This document shows positions 35,679-48,223 of a DNA stretch of 62,859 bases, in pieces. The position numbers and the translations under genes are program-made. The stretch is taken from the NCBI GenBank assembly GCA_020536535.1, contig JAHLWZ010000069.1, forward strand, positions 1 to 62,859, read 5' to 3'. Below the pieces are notes generated by a model that saw nothing but the letters and a program-made list of their open reading frames with translations, ran no database searches and had not been told where the DNA came from. The DNA is from Pelomyxa schiedti (taxonomy: Eukaryota; Protista; Evosea). Every line of letters starts with the position of its first letter. The first letter of the stretch is position 1.

Positions 35679-38600
35679 TCACATTATTGAGCAGGAGTGA
35701 TCACGAATTGAGGCCATTGGTGTGGTAGCAAAGGGGAGAGGCTTGGGTGGAAGGAGTTTTTTCTGAAGTGCTGATTGTGACAGCAGCCTAATGGCACCCT
35801 CGTGATGAAACGGGGCTGGCGATGGGGATTGCGTGTTACTTATATCTGCATGTTCATAGCCAAGTGCTGAACATTTCCCAACGGCCTTGTTTTTGGGAAA
35901 GGATGAGATTAATGGTGCTTTGTGAGGGTTTTGCTTCTATACCTCTTGGAACGATGTGGCTCTATTGGGTAGGTCAGACTTGCATCCAACTACGAGAACT
36001 GGAATACCCAATCCCGCTAAATCCCCTCTTGGAGTGGGAGATGGAGATGCGGGTGTGCTAGGAGGGGACTGGTTTGTGTGAGAATGGAACTCTGTTAGCC
36101 ATTGCAGCGCATCTCTGAAGGAGTTTGCTTGCGTGATGTCATAAAGAAGGAGGATCCCGCCAGCCTGGTAGAAGAACCTATTAGCGAAATTTAGCGGACA
36201 CTGCTTACAGGCAAAAGAAGTGGCATACTGATCTGTTACCGGGGGTAGTGATGATCTAGTTTGCAAAGTAGATTCATACAGGTTGATTAGGATTTTCTAG
36301 AATTTTTAGTGACTAAAACAAGTGCCGTGACAAGTTACTTTTCCTAATAGCATTCTGCGTATGGCACAGGGACCTTCAGTATTCAAACATAGTCTGGAAA
36401 TGAATGTACTTTTGCCAGATCCTTAAAACACTTTCACTACGACTGAGAAACAGAAAAAGTTTACCTGGCGGTCCAACAATACATATTTTTAGATAACAGT
36501 CAGGAGATACTTCTAAAACAAATATTTGAGATGACGATACAATAGGAAATCTTTACTTCCTGGCGAGTCAGACCAGGGTAACATCCAGGTCTTGTCTATC
36601 TGTAGGGTGCAATGTTGCAAAGCACTAACAGCAGTCATAAATGTGTCCTGTTACAAATGATTTTAGAGAAACCGGAACCAATGCCGCATACTTTATTGAT
36701 TTTATGAAAGGTCCAGTACGATGGTAAATCTGCTACTTCACACACAAGATAGTTAAAATCTTTGCATACACCTCGAAGCTTAAACAATTCATGGGGTGGT
36801 AAATAAGTTACAATTCTGACTACTAAAAAGCGAGGTAATCTTGGTAGCTGCTTGAAGCATTTAACATCATACTAAAACTGAAAGAGGGCCTTACTTACAA
36901 GTGGTGGTGTTGAAGAGAAAAGGGAAAAGAGAGCTTGTAGGGTGGGATTTGTTGATGATACTGCTAATGTTACAGGTGTTTTCCCTTGCAAAGTCATCTT
37001 AAAAATAAAAGACCAGTAAGAAGTAAAATTTAGCAGCTGAAAGCTCACTCACATATGGATTTGCGCCAAATTTCAACAGTATTTCGGCAATTTGTGTGTT
37101 TTCCAAGGATATTGCTAAGAGAAGTGGGGATAAAAATTGCGCCGAAAGTGCTGGTGCCAGAGTTGGTGACGAGGTGGATGAAAGTGAGTGAATTGGTTGT
37201 GAATTAGTTTGTTGAATGCGAGAAATTGAATTTGGATTAGCATGTGCCAGTAATAGAGATTCCACTCCCACAAAATTTCCATTTTTGATTGCGTTGTGGA
37301 GGGGATGCTCCACTGCAAATCAGTGAATTTGTGTGATGCAACGAAGTCAGGTTAGTACCTTCAAAAAGAGGATTTCTGAAATCTAGAGGTATTTCAAGAA
37401 GTTTCTGTAAAAGTTTTTTATAGTGCTTCCCAGGGAGTGGACATCTGACGATCGAACTTAGAACAACACCCCCAAGCATTACATGAGTTTACCTGGTCAA
37501 ATAATGTAGGGCATTGAGTCCATTTGCGTCATAACCCTTAGTATAACAGTGCTGTTTCATCAAGAAAAGGGCTTCCTTTTTTCTTTTTTATTTTCCCCTA
37601 ATTTCCAACATTTGACATAGTTGGGCACCTTGAAATTTTGGGAGATAATAGCCACAAGAAATGGGCAGCGGCCAGAAAAGTCTATTTGGTCAATATTGGC
37701 ACTGTGGGAGGCAAGTAGTTTTAGAACATTTTTGTTGCCTGAACCACTAGCAATAGTCAGGAAAAAAAAGTACGGAGGGAACACACCTAGCACAGTGCAG
37801 CAGAGTTTGTCCGATCTCGTTTTGTGCATTTGCAGAAAAGCTATTGATAAAGGAAAGCAATTCTCGTTCAAGTTCACTTCCCTTCAGGGTGTTTGAGGCT
37901 TCTGTAGAAATTCGGGATGCAAGGCGTGTGAATTGTTGAAGTTGCTGAGGATTACGTTTTTTGGCAAAGGCAAACCAATGCATTGCACAGTCCTGAGGAA
38001 AGTATGCTCAGTTTGGGGAAAAAAAAAAAAGACCAAAACAAACCTTGCTGTAGTTTAAATATGGAAATGAGGTTGTAAATCCAGATGGTGAAGAATTAAT
38101 CGCATTGGGGTTAATATAGGTCAAGAGAGTAGTACTGCGCAGCCAACAAATAATAACAGGTGATTCCACATAGACTTTAAGGAAAACCACTTTTACAGCA
38201 GGGCAAGCTCTGGTACCCAACATTAGCTCAAGAAAGAGGTTGAAGGAAGAAACCTATCAGGAGATAATGAAAATCCACGTGCACCCTCCTTGAAGACTAC
38301 TTGCCCACTTTGCATATCAAAGGTTTGTGTGGGTAACGAGTTGAAAATGAGTGATGCACTGTGCTTAGTCATATCTTGCACACACTGTGCCTGTTTGTGC
38401 AGAATGGTAGCTGTAAAGGAGTTGGTAAGAATGGCATTAAAGAGGGATACATATTCTTTTAAATTTTTTGTAGATTTTTGTTTTCTATAGCAGAAACTCG
38501 ACCCACTATTTCTGAGGCCTCAGTTCTAGTGCTGTGAGCACTCAATTGCCGATCCAGTATCATCAATTCCTCCTGCTCAGTACAAATCTAAAACATCCAC

Positions 38601-38874
38601 AGTTACTCATAGTACACTCTCATTTAATATTCCAACCCACACAGCACCATTAGCATTAGGAGTTGTACTACAGAAATTAATTACGCACTGAATGTATCAG
38701 TGTGTTATACTGGAGCTCCAAACTAGCTGCACGTGCCCGCAGTTGCACAATTTGTTCTGCCAGAGCCCCCACGTCATTCCTGCTGGAATCTGTACCTAAA
38801 CTCACCCACTTAGCCCATAGAGAAACAGCCCCGTTTTACAACGTACCATCGCCGTTTGGTTGTTGTGAGGCCAT
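35679..38874 (-). CDS. Coiled coil + ankyrin repeats + F-box + Ras/Rab-like domain, ending in CaaX
   Basis: Ankyrin: GQTLLHCA, GRCPFLVAI, HPLHNAIKNGNFVGVESLL, SPLLLAISLENTQIAEILLKFGANP. F-box: LPRFLVVRIVTYLPPHELFKLRGVCKDF. G1 KICIVGPPGSGKST; GILLLYDIT..SF; G4 VLVVGCKSDL; stop after CSIM. Confidence 0.8.
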
Positions 38875-39102
38875 CACTGTTCGTTTGTTCGCTGGGAATC
38901 TGTTGCCTTCACTGATTTTTTTTTCGGTGTGATTGTTGCGTTGCAATCGACTGTAGACAGATCTGTTTCGTTTTGTTCTAGGAAAAAATCTTGCTGTGTT
39001 TCGTGCAGAAGCACCAACACAAGCAGTGAAGTAGAGACTTGTTTTCTTTTGTATTCTTTTTTTTTTGCAAGGTTAAGGATAATTACTATAGTAATAGATA
39101 CA

Positions 39103-40345
39103 CTAGCCACCACATCCACCACAGCCACCACCCCCGCTGCCAGAGTCTCCAGCACCAGCACCAGAACAGCCGCTGCAGGCACCCCCTGTGCTGCATCCAG
39201 AGCATGCAGTGCACACGCCGCATGATGAGCAAGCGGTGCAGGACGAGCAGGAGGCGCACACTGCCGCGCCGGTGACGAGCGGGGTGGTCTCGGTTGTGGA
39301 AGAAGGCGAGGGAGTCCGCAGCTTCAGGTCTTCGTGGTAGCGGTCCTGCCATAGGCGTGCAAACTCTATCTTGGCTGCCACTTCCTGAAGAATTTGTTGT
39401 AAGATTAAAGCGAGAGTGTAGAGGATAGGGTAGTATCGGGTGCGTTTTGTTTTGGGTACTCACCTTTTCTTTGTTGAGCACAACGGAATGAGGGAGTGGT
39501 CCTGTGAAATATTTTCCATCCGTTAACTGTGCATATTGTTCCGGCATCCAAAGATACACTTGCCACAAAAATTCTAGAGGCATTGGTGGTGCAATTAACT
39601 TCATTACACCCCCAGACGAGCATTCTTCAGTGGGGGTCACTTCAAGCTTGTGTGTGGAGTAAATATCAACCAGTCGTGCAAATTTCTGGTTCAATTTCGT
39701 TGGTGATGCTGATGAAATTTTTATAGCCTCCATGCTGTGTGCACATGAGGTAATTTTTAAAAGTGTCGCACGGCAAGTATCTTCATAAATTGGTAGCAAT
39801 CTTGTAGGGCGAAGGTGTGCATCAGGTATTTCTGGGAATGGCTTTTGGAAATGCTTGAGCCACAGAGAGGATGTTGCGTCAGTACTGATAAAAGATGTCT
39901 GTGTGAAGTTATCGCCTCCAATTCGGCTCAATTGTCAGAAGGAGTATACATTCAAATTAAAAACTCTCCCATACACGGTCAGTAAATCAGGAATGAACTT
40001 TTGTGGATACAAGGCGTGCAGATGCCAAACAAGTTGTATATGTCTTGAGGGAAACCCCAGCGGCTTCTTGCTCAGTGCAGCTATGTACATAAAGTAAGGG
40101 AACAAATGCATGGCGCGCTGGTACTCAGTGAGAAAATTGGGTGCGGCAGTTCCAGTTGCCAACCACTGTAAGTGAAAGAAAAGTTACTTGACAATAAAAT
40201 AATGAAATACGAATACATTTTGGAATTGCTTGAAGTCCTCCAGTGTCGCCCGAAGATGGGACTTTGTTGTCCCACAACAGCAACAACTACGAGAACGTCA
40301 TGTTCATCGAATAAGTTGGAAAAGTGACTATCGATACCAAGACAT
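39103..40345 (-). CDS. Glycine-rich domain-containing (GRDP/DUF1399-like) protein
   Basis: EYQRAMHL...FPSRHIQLVWHLHALYPQKF and a second unit APPMPLEFLWQVYLWMPEQY, resembling the DUF1399 PxxxIxxxWHxHxLxP motif; C-terminal Cys/Gly tail; inferred start MSCCCCCG. Confidence 0.75.
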
Positions 40346-40522
40346 TTGTCCACCGCACCAAACGACACTATAACGAGATCGATTAACTTTTAAATATGCT
40401 CCTTAGGAAGAAAAAAAGTGACACCAGATCAGGCAAACGCCAAATCAAAAAACCAAATTGTTCACTCCATTTGCCAGATCACTGGATCAATACGCCGAAG
40501 GAGAAACAAAACAAAAAAACAA

Positions 40523-43296
40523 ATGGCAACACGTAGACCATCGAATGGATCTGCGACGGCCAAGAGTTGGCACCAACAGCTGCATGAGTTCATTACGGGG
40601 ATGTCGACACAACCTGCTGCTGTCACGGCACCGGTGACGTCTTCTTCTCTCTCTGTTCCGAACCCGTCGACTCTAAGATCCTCGGATGATGGCGCAACGG
40701 GAACTCCTTCTTTGACGATAATGCACACGCCTTGCACGTCGAGCAGTGTGAGATCTGCCACGCAATTGGCGAAATCTGGTGAAGATCAGTACTACAAGAC
40801 ATCTCCACGCTCGCATGTTCCGGTGATAAGTCCTGACGAGTGCGTCGAGGCAATGCTACCAAAAAGAGTTGTGCATAAAGAAAGAGACATACTTGTAGTT
40901 GTTTCCACCACTTCACCTTCTGCGATCACAACCTCTGTTGTTGACTCCACTGGCTCCACTGTTACATGTAAACCAACAACTGACCCCCTTTCCGGAGGGA
41001 GTGCTGGAGCAGAGGCTGGTGTTGATGGAATTCGGTCTTCCAGCAATAGTAGTGCTGGAACCAGCAGTAGTATTGCATCCTCCACCACTACCAGCATTAT
41101 TGGAGCAAGCGGAACCCCAACAACAGACCAAAACAATGTGTGCTTTTCCAATAGTTGGTTGCAACCTCTCTATGGCTCCTACATTGCTGTTGCCTTAACA
41201 GACAGAACTTGTACAGTGTCAAGCCTCGACTTGTCACGTGTGCTTCTTTTAATTTTTTCTCCCTTTTATCCAGGGCAATTGGTTGATTACCATCAGGAAA
41301 CGAGTTGGGAGATGCCGGAGTGACCTTGTTGTCGTTCGGCTTGAAGCACAATCGGACTCTACAATCCTTAAATTTATCATGCAAGTCACCTCTTTATCCT
41401 TATCATCTCAGAACCAACATGCATCGATTACATAAAAAGATAATAATATTGGGGGAGAGGGACTGAGGTCAATTGCCGCATGCCGTATGGCTAATCTCAG
41501 AAAGCTCGCTTTATCTGGTACTTGTATATACGTTAGTGTACTTTTTCTCATCAAAGTAAAAGGCAACCGACTTATTGGACAAGACCCAGTGGGTCTCATC
41601 TCTATTCTTGAGACATTTAAAAACCTTTCAACTTTGATTCTGAAAGGTTTCTTTCATGAAGCGACTTGAAACTTATTTTCCTAGATGTTGGGTTAAGATC
41701 ATCACAAGAGATTGGAATGGGACTCCAGCAGAACTCGAATTTATTACAATTGATTCTGCGAGGAAATTCTGTTGATATGGAATTTCTTGTCCAAGCATTG
41801 AAAGTACCACATGTACATTTAATGCAACTTGACGTTTCTCGTATTCCTATTTTTTTTTTCGACCATGGAACTTTAACATTCCAGCAGATAATCAGATTAC
41901 AGATGAAGGTGCCAAACTCTTGGCCGATGCACTAAAAACCAGTACTGTGCTAGCACACGTCGATCTAAGTGGTACCCTTCGCCACTCTCACTTATGATAC
42001 ACATTGGGAAAAAAGGAAATAGTATTCGATATGAGGGGGCAATCGCTTTAGCGGGATCACTACGAGTTAACAGATCTTTAATATGCCTCCGCCTAAATGG
42101 TATTCCTCTCTGAAAGTGGAATTACGTTTATTTCTTCTGAAGATAACAAAATTGGGCAATATGGCCTTGAAAGTATTGCTAGCTCTCTTTTTGAAAATCA
42201 GTGTCTTTGGGAGTTAGCACTTGGCGGACTTGGTAACGATATATTCTGTTTAAGACATAGTAATACCTCTCAGGAAATACTTCCCATGCAATTGAGTGCA
42301 TGTGTGAAGCATTGAAGAAAAATACTGGCCTTTTACACTTAAATTTGACACGTAAGCTATGTTTACAATCTAATTAAAGTCACTCGTTGCAAGGAAACAC
42401 TTTTGACAAAACTGGATTTGACTGTTTAACAACCATGCTTAAGAATAACTCAACATTACGCTGTTTAAATTTATCATGTTTGTTGACTTCCTTCCATAGC
42501 CAGACCTAATTCTTTTATACCGAAAGGTACACAACTTACTCCTCCCACTCTTAGTTCTCTTGCGGAAGCAATCAACATATCATCAGTGCAACACCTCAAT
42601 ATTTCCGGTTGTTCTCCCGCTCTTTTTGAGATGGGGTCTAACTGAATTCCATAGACAACAACGAAATTATCGATTCGCAATGCATTCTTGATCTTATTGT
42701 ACATTCGGCAAAATTACAATTCTTGTCAATATCCAGTGTGTTGTTACGCTTTTAATGACCTTGTTCACGTACTATGGCAGATTTATTCACAGACGCCCAG
42801 TCTGACAGTCTTATAACGGCATGTAAATCAAGCACTATAGAACACTACGACTTCGGTGCGTTCAAAAAGAAACAACAACCCTCGTGTGAAACTGAAAAAT
42901 ACAGGTAATCTATTAGAACCTTGGCTTGCAATAAGTGAGCACTTAAAATTGCGACAGCAACAACGAGGAGGTACCCTTCTCTAACCAAGCAATATTGCGT
43001 GCATACACAGCCACTAACAAAACATTGCAGACCACTTCCTCATTGAAATCAAGCGAATACACGGCAACTTCTTTGCGATCCTCGGCAGTTGTTTTTCTGA
43101 AACAGCATCGGTGTTTGCTCTGGAAGCAGAGTCTCCCATAGACCAGGCACCCACCCGGGTCACTGACTGTTACTGCCTCTCAGATACCACCCTGGTGTTT
43201 TCTCTGCCAGAGGGAATGAGGCCTCCCTTTACAGTGACTGTAGAGGTTTACGGCCGCACCCCTCGTGGCGCCTCTCGTCTGACTCTGCAAGAGTAA
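40523..43296 (+). CDS. RNI-like leucine-rich-repeat protein with S/T-rich N-terminus and C-terminal IPT/TIG-like domain
   Basis: Exon-sized LRR units (LKHNRTLQSLNLS, NNIGGEGLRSI, NQITDEGAKLLADALK, NSIRYEGAIALAGSLRVNRSL, NKIGQYGLESIASSL). Last exon FAILGSCF...CYCLSDTTLVFSLP...FTVTVEV. Confidence 0.8.
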
Positions 43297-43378
43297 ACCT
43301 AATTACAATCTGTTATCTGTTGTTATTTAATTTTTCTTCTTGTAATTTTTACAGTTGCACAGCTTAATTGCCGAAACG

Positions 43379-45402
43379 ATGCCTCACAAACAAAGCGCGC
43401 GTTCCAAGGCCCAGGATCGACGTGTTCGTGTTTCTTCTTTTGTTGTTCCATTTTTGGCATTTTACCAACACCTATCTGCACTGCTTTTTTCGTTTTTTTT
43501 TCAAACGCATAGGCACTGAGACAACACGCGAAAAAAGCTGCTGAAGAAGAGAGAGCAAATGTGCCACGTTCGTTTGTTGTAAGACGTGGAAAACTTGGAG
43601 TACATGTGAAGCAATTGGTGGCAGACATACGACAAATGGTGTCGCCGTATACTGCTGATTTAAACGTGAGTGGTTCTATTTTTTTTTTTTGGTTTGGGTC
43701 CAACCTGTTAATTTTTTTATTAGGAAAGTGGGGATATAAAGATGCCTCAGTGGATGACAATGGCTGCAGAATGGCAAGTCAGCCACTTTTTGGCTCTGAA
43801 GTATGCACTTTTTATTTTTATTTTTTTAAATTTTAAGACTCATAACGCGCTTGTAGATCATCAAAGGTTGGCATCACACACCTGCAGTTTGCCACATTCC
43901 CTACTGGCCCAGCCCTTACTTTCGAAGTAAACAGCTTTTCGACAAAAGAAGATGTCGAGCACTTTTATCATACACCCAAGCTGCATTTGCCACACCTTTA
44001 TTCTCGGCCTCCACTAGTACATACCCCTTTTTTTTTTCGGGCTTTCTTCTTACAGAACACACAGCTAATTATGAACAATTTTGACCTCTCTCAAAGTCAC
44101 CACAACCTGCTTGTTTCCATGTTTCAAGGACTGTTTCCAAAAATTAACCTCAGCACAGTAAGACCCTTCTACCTACAAAGACCTGTGTCAGTATCTTTTC
44201 TCGTTCTCACCTCTCACAGACCAACCTCGGTGATTACAAGCGTGTTCTGCTCATCAACTACAACAAGGAGGACAACAGCATTTCGATTCGGCACTACAAA
44301 ACAAGTGTTCGCCACCGACGCCGTGGCCGCCGTCTTCCAACAGCCGTCGCCAAAGCACTTTCAGGACCACTTCCCAGCCTCGGCCACTTGGCTGATATTG
44401 CAGACTTGGTTCCCAGAGAAAAAGAAGATACCGAAAAAGAAGATACCGAAAAGGAAGCTACCGAAAAGAAAGATACTGAAAAGAAAGAGGAGGAGGAGGA
44501 GGAGAAAGAGGAAGAGGAAGAGGAGGAGGAGAAAGAGGAAGAGGAAGAGGAGGAGGAAGAGGAAGAAGAAGAAGAAGCTCCAGAACCAACACCAGAGGAG
44601 GAAAAAAGTGTAAGTGGTTCCCACATCTCAAATTAAAAACCTCCCTCCAACCAAACAGAACATATCAAGATTAATTCCAACTCAACACCAAAACTACAGC
44701 ACGTGGCAAAGACAAATGATGGGTCTTCAGTCTTTCTTTATGAAATAGGGCCCAGGCTTAACGTTTCACTGTATAAAGTCGAAGAAGGACTTTTTGAGGG
44801 TGCCATTCTGTATCACATCAGTGGTAATACACCAAGCTTCAACTGCGAACAGTGCTAATTTTCCACTAGGAAGGACTTACACAGCTGAAGAAGTAAGAGC
44901 AAAGAACCCCGCAGCAAAGTGAGTAATACTGTCCCGGGTAGCAAAAACTATCAAGTGTAATTATCCCCATAGGAAAAGGAAACGCAAAATGTTGGCAGCA
45001 GCTGAAGCCAAGGCAGAAGAGGCCACTGGGAAGAAGAAAAAGTCACTTGATCATCTTGCTAAATACACCGAGCTGCCCCCTGAACAGAACGCAACTGACA
45101 CTGCTGAGGATAATGCAGCATGGTATCGAGAGGAAGTAGGCAAGGAACCATCTCCTGAGGAATTTTCTTCTGGTTGGTGTCCTCACAAGTTTCCAAATTA
45201 ACTCACTCCACAATCAGCAGGACGGAGAGGTGGATTTAGAGGATTTGGGAGAGGCAGAGGGTTTGGAGGAAGAGGGGGATTTCGAGGAAGGGGTGGATTT
45301 AGAGGAAGAGGAGGATTCAGGGGACGAGGAGGACGAGGGGGAGGATTTAGAGGGAGAGGTGGATTCTCAGGTCCAAGCCCCAAGAGACCTAGAACGGGCT
45401 AA
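43379..45402 (+). CDS. PPAN: Peter Pan/Ssf1 Brix-domain ribosome biogenesis factor with a Glu-rich insert and RGG tail
   Basis: VPRSFVVRRGKLG..VKQLVADIRQMVSPYTA, GPALTFEV, PPLLIMNNF, SMFQGLFPKIN, KRVLLINY...IRHY, LYEIGPRLNVSLYKVEEG. Confidence 0.92.
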
Positions 45403-45561
45403 GAAACATCTACAAAAACTTCTCGTTGTTGTCGTCGGGTTTACAGCAGCCCTCACTGCAGGAAGGTTCTTATGCCAATCATGCACAGGAAATTGTCTTA
45501 CAAAAGGATTCTTTGTCACAACAAGTGATCTCCTACTGTTTTTCTCATTCTTTGTTTTTGT

Positions 45562-46245
45562 TCAGTGCATCGCACGTGTGCCCTGACAAGTAGGCCACAA
45601 CAATGCCACTGCAGCACAGATGCAAATGACGCAAAGTGCCAGGAACGGAAGCATCCAACCCAGAGCGGGCACGTCGGTGTGGCCAATGAGTGGAAGCAGA
45701 GCCAGGTCGCACAGAACATAGTCCGGGGGCTGCCCGGGAGGTGAAACCACACCCGCAAATGTTGCAAGAACAGCAACGTGAGTGAACTGTACACCGCCGG
45801 AAGTGACAGGAGCTCCACTAGAGTCAGTCCTGAAGGTAACCTTCTCAACATTGAGCAAATCTCTGTCCCGCGGCGAACGTTGTTCCAGCAGGTGTCGATC
45901 GGCGTCCATCCCACTGTTGTCAACAAAGCGGAAGGAGAAAGAAGAGGGCGACGTCGCGAGGTAAGATACTTTGACCTCGTAGCCGGTGTCAGGGAGAGTG
46001 CCGGCAACTTGTACAAGCAGCTCACGTCCGTACGCCACCGCGAGGCCCCAGAGAGGCCGGCTCGGGCCGAGTGTGTGGGTGGTGTAATCTTCTTCGGGAG
46101 GCAGAGGCAAACCAGTCGGTGCACCATCAGTAGATCGCTGCTGGGGCACAGTCTCGCCAACAACAGTGCAACTCGACAACAGCAAACAAACGCCACCGCA
46201 GATCACAACAACCAGGACACCCACTGATACGGACACACGCGCCAT
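45562..46245 (-). CDS. Intronless type I membrane protein resembling the Pga1-like / plant 'caveolin-1 protein' family (possible GPI mannosyltransferase II cofactor)
   Basis: Signal peptide, YEVKVSYLATSPSSFSF and RDLLNVEKVTF motifs, C-terminal TM helix; 227-aa ORF. Family assignment is from motif memory. Confidence 0.6.
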   Translation of the reverse strand: MARVSVSVGVLVVVICGGVCLLLSSCTVVGETVPQQRSTDGAPTGLPLPPEEDYTTHTLGPSRPLWGLAVAYGRELLVQVAGTLPDTGYEVKVSYLATSPSSFSFRFVDNSGMDADRHLLEQRSPRDRDLLNVEKVTFRTDSSGAPVTSGGVQFTHVAVLATFAGVVSPPGQPPDYVLCDLALLPLIGHTDVPALGWMLPFLALCVICICAAVALLWPTCQGTRAMH

Positions 46246-46265
46246 CGTTGTTGGACGAAATTATT

Positions 46266-47073
46266 GGGACTCTCCAAAAAATTCAGAAAAATCACTTTCC
46301 AAGTGATTATCTCTCTCTGGTTGCCTTGGTTTGAGCCTGTATTGGGAGAGACGGTGTAACATTTGTTGTAGACGATGGCGTGAGCAGCCCGCCTGGAACC
46401 ACCATGGTGGAGAGGAGAAAAACCTCCAACACAGGGAAAACTGGGTGTATACACACCCGGCAAAAAGTGTATACAAATTTTGGAGAAAAAAGAAGAAGGA
46501 AAAAAATTACCAGATGGAAAAAAAACTTGTGCGGTTGGTTCTATCCTGTGGCTGTAGGTCTAAGTAAGTTCTATTGGCTGATGGATTTCTCGTAATCTGT
46601 TGGGACCCTGAGGGGGCTCCCGGGAGCTATTCGGGGGACACCCAGAACGGACTCTCGTGCCCTTCTAAAGCTGGCATAACACCGTTGTAGTTGTCTGAGC
46701 GAAAAGCAAAGTAAATAAAGAATAAACTCTGGGGTTTGTTGTTGGGCATCTTACACACAAGAAAAACAAACAACCACCTTACACCCCAGCACCACAAACG
46801 TAGCAATTGATGTTGAAGCAGTGCCGCGAAGTCGCCGCGCACAATTACCTCAACTGGTACCATCGCCGACAAGGCTGCGGCCAGTGTGTTGCCGATTTCA
46901 CCCCCCCCACTCATGCCACCCCTTTGCCGTGGTTGCCACAACAATCCCTGCCAACTACCTTCCCTGGCGCACGTGTCTTTCCCTAGAGCCCGGTTGTCTC
47001 CAAATTTTTTTCCGTTGTATACAAATTTTTTCTAAGTCGATTTTTGTATACAAAATCCGCCGTGGGGAGTCCC
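46266..47073. mobile_element. Non-autonomous TIR element, short copy (808 bp)
   Basis: Ends GGGACTCTCCA...TGGGGAGTCCC (10/11 inverted match); imperfect flanking repeat aaattat/aaattgt; body repeated in 47097-52793. Confidence 0.65.
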
Positions 47074-47280
47074 AAAATTGTAATTCTGGCAGTTTTGGGA
47101 CTCTCCAAAAAATTCAGAAGAATCACTTTCCAAGTGATTAGCTCTCTCTGGTTGCCTTGGTTTGAGCCTGTATTGGGAGAGACGGTGTAACATTTGTTGT
47201 AGATGATGGCGTGAGCAGCCCGCCTGGAACCACCATGGTGGAGAGGAGAAAAACCTCCAACACAGGGAAAACTGGGTGCA

Positions 47281-48000
47281 TAGAGCACCTGCGCGCAAAG
47301 CGGACCGACTCAAAAAGGGGACGGGGTGGCAGTGCTGTTTTCACCCAAATGGGAAATGTCTCCTGGGAGCGTTTTGGGAGAGTTCCCAGGAGGGAGAGCT
47401 TGGGAGCGTTTTGGGAGTGATTTGGGAGTGATGAGGCCTCAATCCCTTTGATTATTCCTAGAAGGAGCCTTTTCTTTTGCTCCTCAAGACTGTCGCATAT
47501 CCGGCATCACCGGCGATTTCGCGGACAGCTATTTCACAACAATCTGATTCATTGAATGCCGCCATTGGAGCCACTAAGTTTGTGAAGAACAAAGAAAGAG
47601 ATAATAATAAATAATCGTGGGTTCTGTTGATCTGGTACCACGCAGTTTGGGAGGAATAGATCCTCTTGAGGAAGGATTCTGCAGATTAGTCTGAGTAGGA
47701 CCTCTGGGTAGTAGGAACTTGTGTAGGAGGGGACATGAACACCACCATGAGCACTACCACAAGCACCACCACTTAGAGCTCCACCAGCACTACTGGACAT
47801 ATTCCCACTGTGCCATGGCAATGGGAGTTGTGATTAACTGATGGTGATTAGGCGGAATCAAGTGTGATTCACTGACTGTGAAGGACCTTCTCTGCTTCTA
47901 TGGACCTTCCACACAAAAATGGTATGCAGTCCACTTCCACTCCTTGTTTTGGTAAGTGGTACAGGTTTTGCCCTCATCCAGATTAGGGACAGATGCTCTA
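47281..48000. mobile_element. Nested TA-flanked TIR element (MITE-like)
   Basis: TAGAGCACCTG...CAGATGCTCTA (10/11 inverted match); absent from the paralogous site near 46448-46452. Confidence 0.65.
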
Positions 48001-48223
48001 CACCCGGCAAAAAGTGTCTCCAAAGTTTGGGTCCATTTTGGAAAACCCAGATGGAAAAAAAACTTGTGCAGTTGGTTCTATCCTGTGGCTGTAGGTCTAA
48101 GTAAGTGATGGATTTCCCATAATCTGTTGGGACCCTGAGGGGGCTATTCAGGGGACACCCAGAACGGACTCTCGTGCCCTTCTAAAGCTGGCATACCACC
48201 ATTGCAGTTGTCTGAGTGAAAAG

